NCBI GenBank assembly: GCA_053919585.1
Contig: CM132792.1
Length of the DNA stretch: 64,000 nucleotides
Source: Euprymna scolopes
Taxonomy: Eukaryota
Strand: one strand, 5' to 3'
Each line of letters opens with the position of its first letter. The stretch's first letter is position 1. Below, piece after piece: positions 38,410 to 51,985 of the stretch. Below the pieces are notes generated by a model. The model saw only the letters and a program-made list of their open reading frames with translations. It was not told where the DNA came from and searched no databases. A program made the position numbers and the translations under genes.

Positions 38410-41400
38410 TGATTCCGATCACACGTACCTAATCATATTTTGTGGAACATCGTCCATGTGAAGCTTTTATCCACACTTGTTGACGCTTTTTTCATAGGAG
38501 TTTGCTGTTGATTGTGTGTCGGTGCTGATGTTTCATTGATATACTTCAACACAATGCTGTACCGAGAGAGCATGTTGGCAGGTGCTCTAGCAGAGGGTAC
38601 GTCATCTTTTGCGTGACCTGGTATCAGTATACTGCTTTCGGTATATTTCGTTTTCTTGCTATGAATCCATTGTTATAGCTCTTTGACATCGCTCCATGAT
38701 ATCATAACGAAAGGAGACTATGAACAACGACATGGTTGGCAGATTCCTTAGTTATTTAGGAAATTTGTTTTGGCAAACTGCTCCGAAATGCAGTGTTATT
38801 TTCCATCATAATTTCTTGTGGAAGACCCCGCTCATAGAAGAGCGTCTTTAGTTAGTTGATTACACTTTTACAATCTTGCCAATGAAATTGTTGTCAGATT
38901 GTAAACGGAGTCAAGCCGCAGTCAATATATGTTTAAAAATGGGGCCAATGCAATAGGTAATATTAATAGCTATTGAGGTCATTTTTGTTTAAGGTTTGAA
39001 GCAACTTCTGACTAGTGCATTGGTGACAGATCGAGCGACTGACACTCTTCACATTCTCTGACGACGTTTGTCACAGCAGCTGTAGAAATCTAATCTGTTT
39101 CGCAAAGTACAGTGCCCTTCTTTCACCAAGATGACCGTTTTGTCATTGAACAATCTTAACCCGATTGAGCACACAGATGCAGTGCAGGCAGGGTACACAG
39201 GTTAAGCGTTCTTATTAATTGCATCAACTCACCTCTAAGATACTCTATTCAGTTGAGAAAAGAATATATCCATCGACAGCGCGTATTCCTTCACAGATTT
39301 TATTATCATGTCAAATCGTCGCCAAATGAGCACCACACTCGAAGCTTTAGTTCGTGCTGTGACCCTGCCAGTAAGTGTATCCGGTATCTGTTTATAGAAA
39401 CAAGAAGAATCACTGCACAAATGCAAGGATTACAATTTTTATTACTGTAATAATTGCATCGAGTTAATATGTTTAGAGTACATTAGTGAACATTACTAGC
39501 AAGCATTCTCTACCTCTGCTCCGTCATATTAATCGACATACCGGTAACGAGAGAGCTTGCGTCGCCCATAACTAAAGTCTTACCCTTCAACGTACACTTT
39601 GCACTGCGTGAAGCCTTCTTTAATTATGGTATTGAGAGAGACGTCATTTATTTTGTCGTCCTTCCCAATGGTGGCATAGAGGTCTTCTGCTTAATGAACG
39701 CTACAGTACCTAGAGGCAAACCACTCTAGTGAAAGTGCTCAACCTACTTGCCACATAACGAAAGTATGTTTCGTCGCGTGACGATACAGATACATTTGAT
39801 CCTGCTCGCCGAATTCTCTCAGATGTTCGCTGCATACGTGGGCAGTAAATAAGTCCACGAGCCCATTTAATTCCCGATAGTCGGTCTCAATTTCTGTTTG
39901 CCTGCTGGATTACATTAGTGGAATCAGGTTATTTGGCTTCCCAATTCCTCTTCTTGTTACGGAATCAACCAGCCATTATTAATCAAGGTTAGTAGCCATT
40001 GATTACGATGGTTATTTAATATATAAAGGACAATTTTACAGTATAAGTACGCCTAATGCTGATAGAAGGTTATGTTTTTTTTTAATTATTTTATAACGTT
40101 GTCTCCCAGAAATGTAACACATCTGTGTATTAGCTTCTGGATTTCTTCAGGGTAAACATGTTTGGACTGATATCTGAGCCAGTCGATACCAACTTTTCTT
40201 TGATTTTGAATATGCAAAAACAGTTATACCTATGCGAATAAGAAGTAAAGTAAAATAATAAAATTAATTAATTAGAATTCCTTACACTAAAACGTCGCAT
40301 TATGTATTAAATAGCCTTCGTATATTCGGTGCGTGTTTTACAAAGATGTTATATTCTGGTAATCTTTTATCTAGTAGTTGTCCAGAGTTTCATACATTGG
40401 TCGAACATCGCGCGAAGATTAGAATATACCAGCACTTGTTGTCGCAGTGTGAGAGCCATCTTAGAAAAATGTACTTTACCACCTTCGTCGATGTGTATGT
40501 CGCCAAATTATTTAATGGCGTCTATCCTCAGAATAAAATCAAATTCCAAAGGGTTGCTGTTTACTAGCAGTACGTCAATTTTCGGTGGATTCCAGTTGGA
40601 TACTCTAAAAATAAAGGTACACACGCCGTGCTTTCGAAAGCAGTCCCCCACCTGCCGGTAAAATTGCGATACTTACACAACCCAGATTGAGAGACGCCAG
40701 AAGTCACTAACACTATCTGATCGACGACATTGATTTTCACTATAAATTCGACGAACACTTTTTTTACTTAGTGTGAGGAGAGAGTAATTCTAGATTCCTC
40801 CCTTTGCCTCGTTTTCCGGAATCCTGATGCGACATGTTCTTGGGAGAAGTTTATCTCCTAGAGCACTTTATTTGCTTTGCCCCCGTTATAGGGACCTACA
40901 AACTTGTGGCATCACATTTCGTTTGCATCCTACTTGTGAAGGGTTGAAGATTGATCCACAAACACACAAAGAAAAACACTGCGTCAGCCGACTGTCTACC
41001 TCTTCTGCCATAAGAATTCGAGCCCTTGTGAGGATTTGTTCCAGGGTTATGTGCTCGATCTTTGAAGATCCACGCAATTGTTGTCTAACCGAACCAAAGA
41101 GTCCTGACATGAACGCCTAGCACATCGTCTAAAGAGGTTTTCATCGATTAGATGTGTGATATCTTGTAGGTCACCAAAGTATTCGTCCACAGTTTTCTCA
41201 GGACGCAAATTATGAGAGACAAAATTGGGAAATGCAACAAAATGATCCGGCACAAAAGCCACTAGGAGAGCTTGTTTCACCTGCTTTAAATCCTATTACA
41301 AATAACGGGTAAATCGTGGCAATAGATCTCCACATCTCCGTGTTAATGGTAAAGCATGCTCGGCATTTTGCAATATTACGCACACCAGCTCCACCTGTTC

Positions 41401-41500
41401 AACACATTCTAACACTATGTGAGAAGGTGAAATACCGTGACATTCGGCAATCAACCGAATGTCAAATGCGTTGCCTGCCATTTGCGTTTAGTTATTTGCT
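38410..41500 (-). mobile_element. decayed Gypsy (Ty3-type) LTR retrotransposon internal region: gag, protease, RT/RH, integrase
   Basis: Gag reads FDIRLIAE...VEQVELVC, KQALLVAFVPDHFVAFPNFVSHNLRPEKTVDEYFGDL and GLFGSVRQQLR. Protease-like LVTSGVS at ~40700. Integrase reads TLFYERGLPQEIMMENNTAFRS...DIMERCQRAI (~38680-38850). LTRs could not be delimited. Confidence 0.8.
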
Positions 41501-44329
41501 AGCCGAAATAGATTGTTCTGTAGACATTGGAAAATTACAGCTTACTGATCAGGAATGAGCGAAATACTACCTAATATCCCTTGCATTGGCCCTCTTTGTG
41601 TCTAGTAGCTGTCTCCACTTTACACAGATTATCTTTTTTTCATCTATAAAACACATAATAGCTTTTTGCGTGTTCCTTTGTTTGGTTTCCCTGCGCCGGT
41701 AGCCGATAAAGTAGACCATTTGTTTTTGTTTGAGTTGAGGGTGTTTGTAGTATTGTTACTATACTAGAATGATTTCTTCTCTCTAATTGAAAGATTTATG
41801 AATCTTATCCCTGTTTTCTGCTTACTTGGGTGTACTAACCTTCAATATTCAAAATATACTGTGAACAGATATCTCGCTCTCCAACTCTTACATTTCCCCG
41901 TTAGACACGGTCATAAGTGGCAATATGAATGAGCCGAAAATGTATGCTTTAAGTTTGTTAAATCAGTTTACAATATTATCCATAAAACAAAGAGGATCCA
42001 GTATTTCCATCTGAAAGGAAATGATTTTCTTAGAGACTTATGTAACCTATTTACAGCATAATCTTGTCAGATTTTGCATATATGTTTGTGTTCGATAATT
42101 ACGAGCTTTTCCAACAGAAGTGATGAAACAACACGTTAATTGAATGGCTTCTGTAACCTTTTCGTTTACATAGAAAGCACTTCTCTACGTGACGTCCAAA
42201 ACATAGGTATAAGATAAAACAATTGCAATTAAAAATATGGGAATTTATTTATAGCAAACACATGTAACAAGCGTGGTTTGCTATCTATAAAACACGGGCT
42301 TAATAGAATTTGCCACGTGTACTTTGGAACTGTAAAGTCGACGATCGTTGAGACATAGGGATCTGTGTTGAAAATAGTGTTGTTTGAAAAAATATACACG
42401 TAACGAATTTCTGACAGTAAGCATAGTGTTTGTAGTTCAGCATTGTAAACAGTGTACGAGAAATGCGTGCTGCGTAATCTAGTTGCAAACACGTTACATT
42501 CAATGCGGTTTCACGTTAGAAATGTAAAGCACATAACAAAGTTCAGTTTTTCTTTTTGTTACTTCTAATAATTGAAAACTGATATTGAATATTATTTATT
42601 TTAGCTTGATTGGTATTAATGTAGCACTGTTCAAGTCTTTTGATAAATGCGTCGTATTGAATGCAGTCACACCTGAGAAATATATGCCCTGTCACACTTC
42701 TAAATGACGAAGACATTTTTTTCGCCAAACCATCTTTCTCTCTCTTTTAATAGTTCAAATATTATAAAACTCTTGCTGAATGTTTATTTTAGGTTGGTTT
42801 GCGTTTGGGCAAAATTGACCAATTTTCTATTTTATAAATATCCACTTTAGAGAGAAAAAAGAAAAGAAAAACAACAATGAAACGAAAGCGAGGGCAGAAC
42901 ATCTGCAAGCAAATTGAAGACAGATAGAGTTGATAATTATTCAAGGTTCGATGGGATTGACATAATCACTACTTGCAGCCGTACTGTCAGATAAAAAGAC
43001 ATAAAAGTAAGAAAATATACGAGAATAAATGATTTGTTTTCATATGAAAACAAATTATTTTGGCTCATATATTTTCTTACATTTTATACAGTTTTCCAAT
43101 TCTTTGTACAGGTGCACAAAATGTCGAGAACGGAAATGAGTTTACCGTCGCGACGCAAATCAAGATGCTTTTACTTCCTGTTATCGAAAGTTTGCTGAAC
43201 AGATATCTCAACTCGTCAATTCTATTAAATTGTCTCTTACACGAAGACAGAGATAACATAAAAATAGGCGAGCACTATGGAATAATGAAATAATAAAAAA
43301 TGGCTCAGTCCTGAAAGTGTTCTGCTTTACTTACTAAAAAGATTGAAGATTACATGCAGTAAAATATATACTAGACATGTATCTTAGTTAAAACAACCTA
43401 GGCATCTATTTATTTTTTACATAGGTGTCACCATTTATCAAGGCCCAGAGTGTTACGTGAGAAGGGATGCCCTCTTCTCATGTAAGTAAGAAGCAGACAA
43501 GATAAGTGAAACTAATATTAGGAGAAGGCAAGAATCGGACCCTGTAGGCAAGTTAATATAGAAACTCTTAGGAATGCAGTCAATTGTTAATTCTCTTAGA
43601 ATTCTATTAGAATAGCTAAAGAAGATGTCAGAAAAAGAGTCGATTTTCTATTTTTTAGAAATCTGGATATTAAATATGTCAGTTAAAAGAATGGACATTG
43701 CGAATTTTAAAAAAATTGTTTAAAAATAGGTAAGATATTAAACAATTAGAATTGAGAATTCTTTGTTGCCAAAAGTGTGTTGGGCGGACATGTATAGAAA
43801 AGGTGATCTAGTCATGTTTGTCGACAGTACAATTTTTACGTCATAAACAAAGGAGATGTCTCAATATATTGAATCTGTGGATTCGAAGTTTAGAAGTTGA
43901 GAGAGAGAGGGTCAGTTGGAGAGAATCAGGAGAGATCGAGAGGAGAGCCCCTTAGAAGCGAAGGGAGGATAGTAGACCATGTAGTTTTAGAGGTTTGAGT
44001 TCCTGACTTATTCGATCGGTCGACAGATGAATAAATACATTTCCATTAATAATTTTTAACTGTGTTGACTCGTGTCGTCATTCCTTACAACAAAAAAGGC
44101 TAAATTTGTTTTTATCATCATCTTTTAATGAACTTTGTACAATCCTTCCAAGTATTATGTGTCCTCCCCACCATCTCCCAGATCGTATTAATATGAAGTT
44201 CCCAAGAATTGTCACAGTCGTCTCCATGATGTAATATACATATATAAATGTCTTCCCATCAGAATTGTCATCACCTGTTCTGAGTCCCCGTTATCATCTC
44301 TGTTAATATGTCTCCAATATGAACCCCCT

Positions 44330-44815
44330 ACACAACAAGAGGTCACTCAAGGATAAGAGTTAAAGAGTATATATACAGTAGTTAATTGTACAATATCATA
44401 GGAATCGTTAGTAGTGTAAATTTGGTAAATTGTATTACTTAAGGGGAACGGTTCATCACGAACTTGTTTACGTTGCACTTGAAGATGATCATATTGTAAT
44501 CAGCTGGAAAGCAGACAAACGGAAGACAGTTCCACTGCTGCGCAGTTCTAAGAAAGAAGATTTGTTCGTGGAATCTACGTTTAGGTTTAGGCACGGATAA
44601 AGAGTGGGTGTTATTGATGGTGTTTTCAGCCAAACGAGTGTTTCTCGTGAAAGTTTGGCGATGTGGGAACCATAGATTGGCGCTCAGACGAGTACTTGCC
44701 ATGAGAAAACGATAAAGCAGAGACGGGCTCGACAGGTCTCTTCTGTAAAAAAGAGGTTGCAAGAAAGAGTAAAGGTCATCCCCTACTAGGCTACGAAGTC
44801 TCTGTCAAAGCAGGA
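44330..44815 (-). mobile_element. CR1/L2-group LINE 3' end
   Basis: ORF 44439-44762 reads LQPLFYRRDLSSPSLLYRF...FFLRTAQQWNCLPFVCFPADYNMIIFKCNVNK. Confidence 0.85.
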
Positions 44816-47800
44816 TAATATCTTTCTAGCAGCTTCTGCCAACTTTACTTTAGCTACTACTACAGCGACCACTTGTGTTACTACTTTTGCTAGTACTACG
44901 AAGGAATTAATACTGGAACTAATACTAATACTGCTACTGACGCGACAAAATCCAATACTAATATTAATAGTCCTATTACTATTTAAATACTACACGGACA
45001 GTGGTTAAGTGAAGATTACCGGTTTATCTCTACCCGATGCTTGTGAATGTTATCTTTAAACCATCTAAAACGCCCATGCCTTGGACGGACTTAATTAATA
45101 GACACGCATTTTTTGGCAATATCATGTAGTTTTATAGTATCTAAAGGTGCATCTTTTGTGATAATGGGTAAATAAAGACAGTGAACTGAGAAAAGGCGAT
45201 TTGTTCCATTGTCGTCTATATCTATGTAAGCTCCCAATTAGTTAGCCGTCGTAAGTATAACATCAACTGCTTTCCAACTACTATAACCGAGTCTGGTTTT
45301 CTCATACTTATTGTTAACGTTCTTTATATTCTTTAGATGCATTAACTTGGCTCGAAAATTTTTCCCAACTTGCCTTATCTTTGTCATAAACAGGCCCCTC
45401 TTTGCATTGGGTAAAGTGTGAAAATTAAGGAAATATAAAATTAATAGGTTACATATCATCAGAATCACGACCTTTCTATAAAGCGACGACTGTTTTCTAC
45501 ATTGTAATAATCAATTTCAATTCTATAAGAAAAGGTTGCATTCACGAATCATTTATGATCGCAATTTGAAACGAGTCTTCTGAGGTTATAGATAACTCAT
45601 GATTTCATCTTTTTCGTATTAACGATGAACCTTCTTATTTCAGTGCACTAACGTATTTGTTCGTTACAATATTTATTTGCAACTATTCCACTTCGATGCT
45701 AGTAACATGATAGGATACAGAGTAGATCAGGTGTTTAACTTCAAAATGGGGTGAAAGTGCACCAACGTGAATAAGGATAGAATACTTAATACACGTGGTT
45801 GCATACAGGTCTGTAAGATATTTTCGTCACTTAAATTGGTAAATCCTTTAAATGTACTTACTCCGAAAATGTCAAACAAAAACAGCTGTGCTTTTTAACT
45901 AGATTTTGCATTAGTTTAGTACATGGTTTGATGAGAAAATGACATTTTATTACTGTTCTATTCTGCGTACAAATGGGCTTCAAACTGAATACTATGAATT
46001 ACTCTGAGGCGATAGTTTTACAATACGCTTCAATGATTGTTTACATTATAGATATTGTATCGCCTGACTCATCGAGAAAAGATCAAATTTTAATGCAAAA
46101 TGGAATGTACTGAGAAGCGCGTTCCATTCGCGAGAGATCAGTTTCAAATTATGAGGAGCAAATAACTGTAATTTATTTCAAAGCCACGATACTCATTAGA
46201 ACCAGTTGAACATAAAAGTTTCAGTGACAAGTGTTGACAATCGACTCTAATGCAAATGTTTTGTTTTTACAGAAGTTTTTTTAATTCAAGATATGAACGC
46301 ACTTAGTGTACGGAGTAAAATGATCCAAAGAACGATAAACATAGACAGGAAATAACTATTGAGCTTTCTCCTGAAGAGACTAAAGTAGGAGAGAAAAAAA
46401 CAAAGTAAATAGTTCCATAATGCTGCAGTGTTTGGAAAGAATTTAGTGGAATTCGAAGGTGTATTATAAAGATGAAGCTAAACTGCGGGTTGATGGGAAA
46501 CGTTTGAACAACGAGTAAAACAAAAAAATAAAGGGAGCAAGGAATTTCGTACCTGGGCACGAAATAATCGGGTGTTTAAGTTGACGTAATTTCGTTGTTC
46601 GGTGGCCGGGCTCTCAACACCTAAATATCTTCTTGTAATTCTGCAATCGTTTCAAAAGTAATCTGTATAATATTTTACATTTTATCATCCAATTTATCAG
46701 CTAATTTTCAAAAAACATATACCATAATAAATATAACTGAAGGAACTGAGAGTAGAGACGATTCGTCTGTGGAACAGAATAAGAATGTGCAGAGAAAAGG
46801 AAAAGTGAGGTTAACAGAATTATATATACGCTTCGGAACATACGTACCTTAAAATGAGACATCACCCCAAATAGGACAATAATAAGTGTACAAAGTCTGC
46901 TAGTTGCTTTTCAGAAATAGATAACGGCATTAAGCATAAGATATGACAGAGATAACTAGCTTTATGAGAAACAGGAAGAACAGTGGATCTAAAATATGAA
47001 CCCACAAAAGGATATTTTTTACAATAAACAAACGTTCAAATAGCATTTATCGAAATGATTTATGAACGCTATTAAATATCGTCTCATAACATCTATATAT
47101 CCAAAACAGAAGCACGCAGTTTAATAATTTGATTAATGCGAATTTAATTTTACTAATGACAATAGTAAAAATGTTTTGAAGTTGCTGACTGTGTTTCTGA
47201 CTTGTCAGCGTTTCCCTCCATTATTACAGCAAGTGTGTGCATTGTCGTGTAGTAATGTCTCATAGGTTTTGTATGATAATTTACGTAACAGTACATGGGA
47301 AGATGGAACAATCGGGAGATAATGATTTGAGAGTCAAAGTAAAGTCGTAGCAGACGACTGGTTCTGGTTAATCGATGTACAAGTTAGATATGATTTGCAT
47401 TATAAAGTCACTATACAAGTTATTCCTTTCTTTCAGATTAACCTATTTTTGCGAAACTTGACAGTGAATTTTAATGTTCTTGACGCTGACGGTTATAGAA
47501 CGAAGACTAAATAGAGGTAAAGAACTAATAGTGCTGTATAGCGGCGAATGAAACATGTAAGAAAAAGATGATTTATCTCTGTCCGGAGGTCCTTTGTCTT
47601 CATGCTGCTGGGCACTGTGGTGAATGTCTACCATACTGACACAATAAGACAAGTGAGGCATACCTGATTTCTATTCTTTGGAAACCACGGCACAACGACT
47701 TTATATTTTATAAATATAAATCTATTTCGGATGTCTCAGTGTTAAACTGGAGTCTGCTACGTCTACACACTTGTTTCTTCTAGCCTTGCTTCCCGGCTTT

Positions 47801-48077
47801 CAGGATCACGTGTGCACACGTTGGTGACAAAATCCAAACTCTCTGCTCAAATTTTTTTTTTACCTATCAGTTTCGGTGACGTAGCCGATTTAAGGACACG
47901 TCTCCTTAACGTGACCTCCGGTCACCTATATAAATGTGGCGGGAACTGTGTTACTTATCAATTATTGTTTTTGATTTCTGAATTCTGATGTTTATAGCGA
48001 ACTACATCTAACTCTATAAAAAATATTACTTAACTAGTGTTATCCACTTATCGATAGATAGATAGATAGATAGATAT

Positions 48078-48111
<34 letters not shown>

Positions 48112-49079
48112 GCATAAAACCTTTCACTCTGCTATTATATAACACTAGAAATGAGAAAGAATAAACGTTGCATTATTGAAAAAGAAAAAAAACAAACAAA
48201 CATAACTTAAAATCGTAATTTATTAAAGAGGTAAATATTTAGTTAAAGCATGTATCTATTTTGACGATTAAATTTATAACCGTTAATCAACGAAGATAGC
48301 AGGTCCATTTAAACGGAAAGTGATGTGGCAATAGAGACACTTTCCGGCTGCAGAGAATGCGATGATTCGCATTTTCTGACTGTCAATCCGTCAGAATGGG
48401 ATGTGGCATTCTCTTCAAAAATTTATGTCTTCACGTGTAGTGAATCTGATACATTTTCAGGTGTTCTGATGGTTTGAGTTTCGACAGGTTTTATCAATTT
48501 TCGTCACACAAATGTCACACAGGACTGGCATGAAGCATGAGCTTGATACCTCTGGATTTAGTGATAGCAGACACGCTTGCCCATGTAATTCAATCAGATC
48601 CCTTCAAGAAATGGGGTATCTGGATACGAAGGAATCGGATATTTACGTGGACTTAAACTCGTTGTCTGTGGGTAATCCTGCAATAATTCCACAATAATCT
48701 GTACAATATTTTACCATAACTTCGTACTTTATGTACGTTTTATTGGACTCGGTTCAATAATTTTTTTATTGATTTATTCTCGTAAATGAAACATAGTATC
48801 GAAGGACAAAAAAATAGCGAAAATAAATTAATATGAACTATTGCTAATTTTTGCTGGCTCCCTATATATTGTGTTCTTTTCTCGCTGGATATATTCCTAT
48901 TTATAAATACACGAAATTTATTTTTGTAACACCTTAACATATATTACTAAGACATTTACGTTTAACGCGAGTATTTAGTAACGAAAATCATATTTTAAAC
49001 ATAAGAAGCGACGCAACCTAACGTATGTCAACACAGGCTTATGTACACACATTTAAAAATATCAGGCAGATCAAGATCA

Positions 49080-49591
49080 GATGGTATAACTTGACGAATA
49101 CTTAACATAATTAAATCCGTTGTAAGAAAGAAGAATCAAAGGTAATCCTCGACGGTCGTACATATAAACAATATACTATAAATGCGGGAGTACATCAGGG
49201 GTCTATCCTTGGACCTATATTATTCCATATATTCATAAATGACATCCCTGATAAAATTGACTTTGAGATGGGTATATTTACTGAATACGCCACGCTTCAT
49301 AACAGGCACGAGAAGAAAACAAATGAACACATATCTAAGGAAATGGCAAAACATCTCAAATCTGTAATCGAATGTTGACATACATGGATGATAACATTAT
49401 ATGCTGCCAGGACTAAGTTTGTATTCTTTAATAATTACAAGAAACCTTCTAATCCACTAATAGCAATGTCTAAAGATACATTACTAACAAATACTTTTTT
49501 TTTAAACTTCTCGGCCTTACATTCACATGGAACATGAGTTGGAACAGATACATTGCAAGCATTGCCAGGGCCGCTGTGAGGAAAGTGAGCT
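49080..49591 (+). mobile_element. CR1/L2-group LINE, 5' part (interrupted by the Tx1-like cassette)
   Basis: Reads IKVILDG, INAGVHQGSILGPILFHIFINDIP and LGLTFTWNMSWNRYIASIARAAVRKVS. The sequence resumes at ~53345. Confidence 0.85.
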
Positions 49592-50019
49592 GTTTATTTG
49601 CTTCCCCACGAGAGCAAATTAGGCATGATGCCGTTTTTTTATTGTGGAGAGAAGGGGGAAAGGGAATGGGGAAATCTCCTGGGAGGTGGGAAATGGGAGA
49701 TGGATAGTGAAATTCTCTTGGTATATAGGGTTGCCCCTACATGAACCAGAAACTCATTACTACAAGGGCAATGGTCTTTGCTTGCAGCATCTGCCGGAAC
49801 AGGTACTACACTTTGAGGTATTAAGTCTATATTCGAGCAAATATAAACATGAACGAAAAACTTAAGCACAACGCCAACTCAAAAGGGTGGAAAAATTGGG
49901 GTCGCTGGTCATCCTTGTCACTTTAGAACTAAACAAAAGTTTCTCTTAGCAAGAATCTTCTTCCACCATAATACCACATTCGCCCTTTTGTACTTGAGGA
50001 CGTCCTACTAAGCACCCAC

Positions 50020-50625
50020 CGGGCACAAGTAGGCACTTCCAAAACTCTGGAACTGCATTGTATGTTGTTGAGTGGAAGTGCGGTTCGGGCTAATCGCCAG
50101 GTCAGAGAGAACTCCGAATTGAACTGATGACTCGAACCTAGCATCCAACTACACGCGGCGCGGATCTCACTCTGCTGCCAACCTAATCGCGCGCATAGCG
50201 AGTTGTCGGCCCCTCCCTCAATAGATCCCTATGGAGTTTCCTACGGGTAACAGTGACAAGGTCGCTGGACGTTGGTTGCCGTTTTAGCGCGGCTCGGCAC
50301 TCTTTTAGGAAGGCAGATTCTCCCGCGGCCAGCGACGGCTCTCGATAGAGGGGCCAAGAACGAGGCCTGGAAAGGCAGCAGTAACTGCAGGGTACCACGA
50401 TTGATCTTCTTGCATATAGTGGCTCAGGAAGGCCAGACTCTCAGCGTCTCCATGACAATTCAAGTCCCGCATTCCCAAGCCTCCCTCACATGGACGTTGA
50501 ATACAGACCTCTCTACTCACCTAGTGTTTCCTTTGTCCCAAAGGAGAGAGGAAAAAAGTACGACGAGAACTTTTAAGTGTTGTTCAGGCAGGGGGAGTAC
50601 GGCCAGTCGGTAAACAATGAGAGCA
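50020..50625 (-). pseudogene. Tx1-type ORF2 C-terminal fragment (no EN or RT core)
   Basis: Reads LIVYRLAVLPLP...LLWDKG, then REVCIQRPCEGGLGMRDL (L1/Tx1 GGLG motif), then FSLTWRLARTALPL. Confidence 0.7.
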
Positions 50626-50834
50626 AAGACGTGCGTGGCGCCTCAGCTTCTTCTGATGATGATGTTGTTGCTGCTGCTGTTGTTGTTGGCGCTGCTGCTG
50701 TTGAGTCAGTGGTGAGGTTGAAATGGACATGGATGTTTGTCCATTTACACCCTGCCACCTACTTCACTGATGCTTAGTCTCTTTGGATCTTGCCGACACA
50801 AGGGCTGGTGTTGGTGATTACTTAGACTCAGTGG

Positions 50835-51985
50835 CTATTGCCACCCCCGCCGCTGGAACCATGTTTGCTTGTGGTACAAGTTGGCTTGGAAGTACTTTTT
50901 GGAGGTGTTCTTTATCATGTGGGTCTGTTTCAGGCAGAACCAGCAGTGAGGGCATTGACCCTCGACAACCACCGTCATGTTGTCTTCCTTGAACGATATT
51001 TTTGATGGGATGCCTAGAAAGCCCTCTCTTTTCACCCGCATCGCTACTTTATAGCTTCCCAGGTGAACACCGTTTTTAGAACGTGCTGGGTCCATCCGCT
51101 CCATTTCTCCAAAATTATTAAGGAAGGTTCGCGGCAGTTCTGTGCGTAGGTTAGCAGGAGCATAAAATATTTGAACCCGGGTTCTTCTCCTACACCGGTA
51201 GTAGCTTGACTCCTGCGTATTTAAGTTCTGTGTGGGAGAACTTTTCTGCGTCAACCTTGTTGGGGAGCAGTACATTGCGAAGTTCCTCTGGTGTATATAC
51301 TTGGTGGGTATATTCTGTTTCTGGAGGAGCCCAGCCATTTCCTCTTTTTTCAATCCCTTCAGCCGATTTTCCCGAATGTCCAAAGTGACGAAGGACAGGA
51401 TCTTGTCCTCCATCGCCTCCCAGTCCTCAGGTATTATCTTGAGGACGTTCCTCTCAATATATTCCTTGCACTTTGTGAGATACAAATCTTTATATTCCTG
51501 TGGGGAGAGTCTCTTTTCAGTGGTTATACCCTGTGCAGACCCTCTGTCTTGGGCGAGGGGACTTTTGTGGGATTAGATAATTGTTCTGCTTTCTTGAAGG
51601 TGTTTTGTGAGACGGGTTTCCCTTTAAGGGTTGATTCTCCTGTGTTTTTCTTGGATGTGTTCAGTACTGCGCCCTTATTTGGAGAGCTTCCATTTGGAGG
51701 AGCTTCCCCCTTCATCGTGTCTTTTGAGGCGGCTACCTCTTTGCTAGCGTTCATTTCTGGGCGGTATGCCTCTTCTTTTTGGGGTGAGCTGCCCTCGTTG
51801 GGAGTGTCTCCTCCGGTAATGTCTTTTGGAGCTGCTTCCCCTTGGTTTGGAGGATCTCCTGGGTGTTCTTCCCCAGTTTGGTAATTTGCTCCCTCTTTGG
51901 AGGAGCTGCCATTGTGGGGAGCATCTCCCCGTGCACAATCTTTTTGGGTTGCTTCCCCTGCTTTATTGTTTTCAACAACAGACAA
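50835..51985 (-). pseudogene. Tx1/L1-type ORF1 (gag-like), frameshifted
   Basis: ORF 51524-51985 has three G(D/E)xPxNGSS repeats. ORF 50835-51485 reads TRVQIFYAP...FGEM, IPSKISF and VVVEGQCPHCWFCLKQTH (degenerate CX2CX4HX4C knuckle). Confidence 0.75.

Noticed and set aside
38400-38430. TGCACTGATGATTCCG and other isolated CTGATGA/CTGAAGA hits (6729, 25800, 37139, 50124, 54774)
   Set aside because: They lack a correctly spaced GAAA and closing stems.
48280-48700. GC-richer island with faint integrase-like words on the minus strand
   Set aside because: Too degenerate to call without a profile search.
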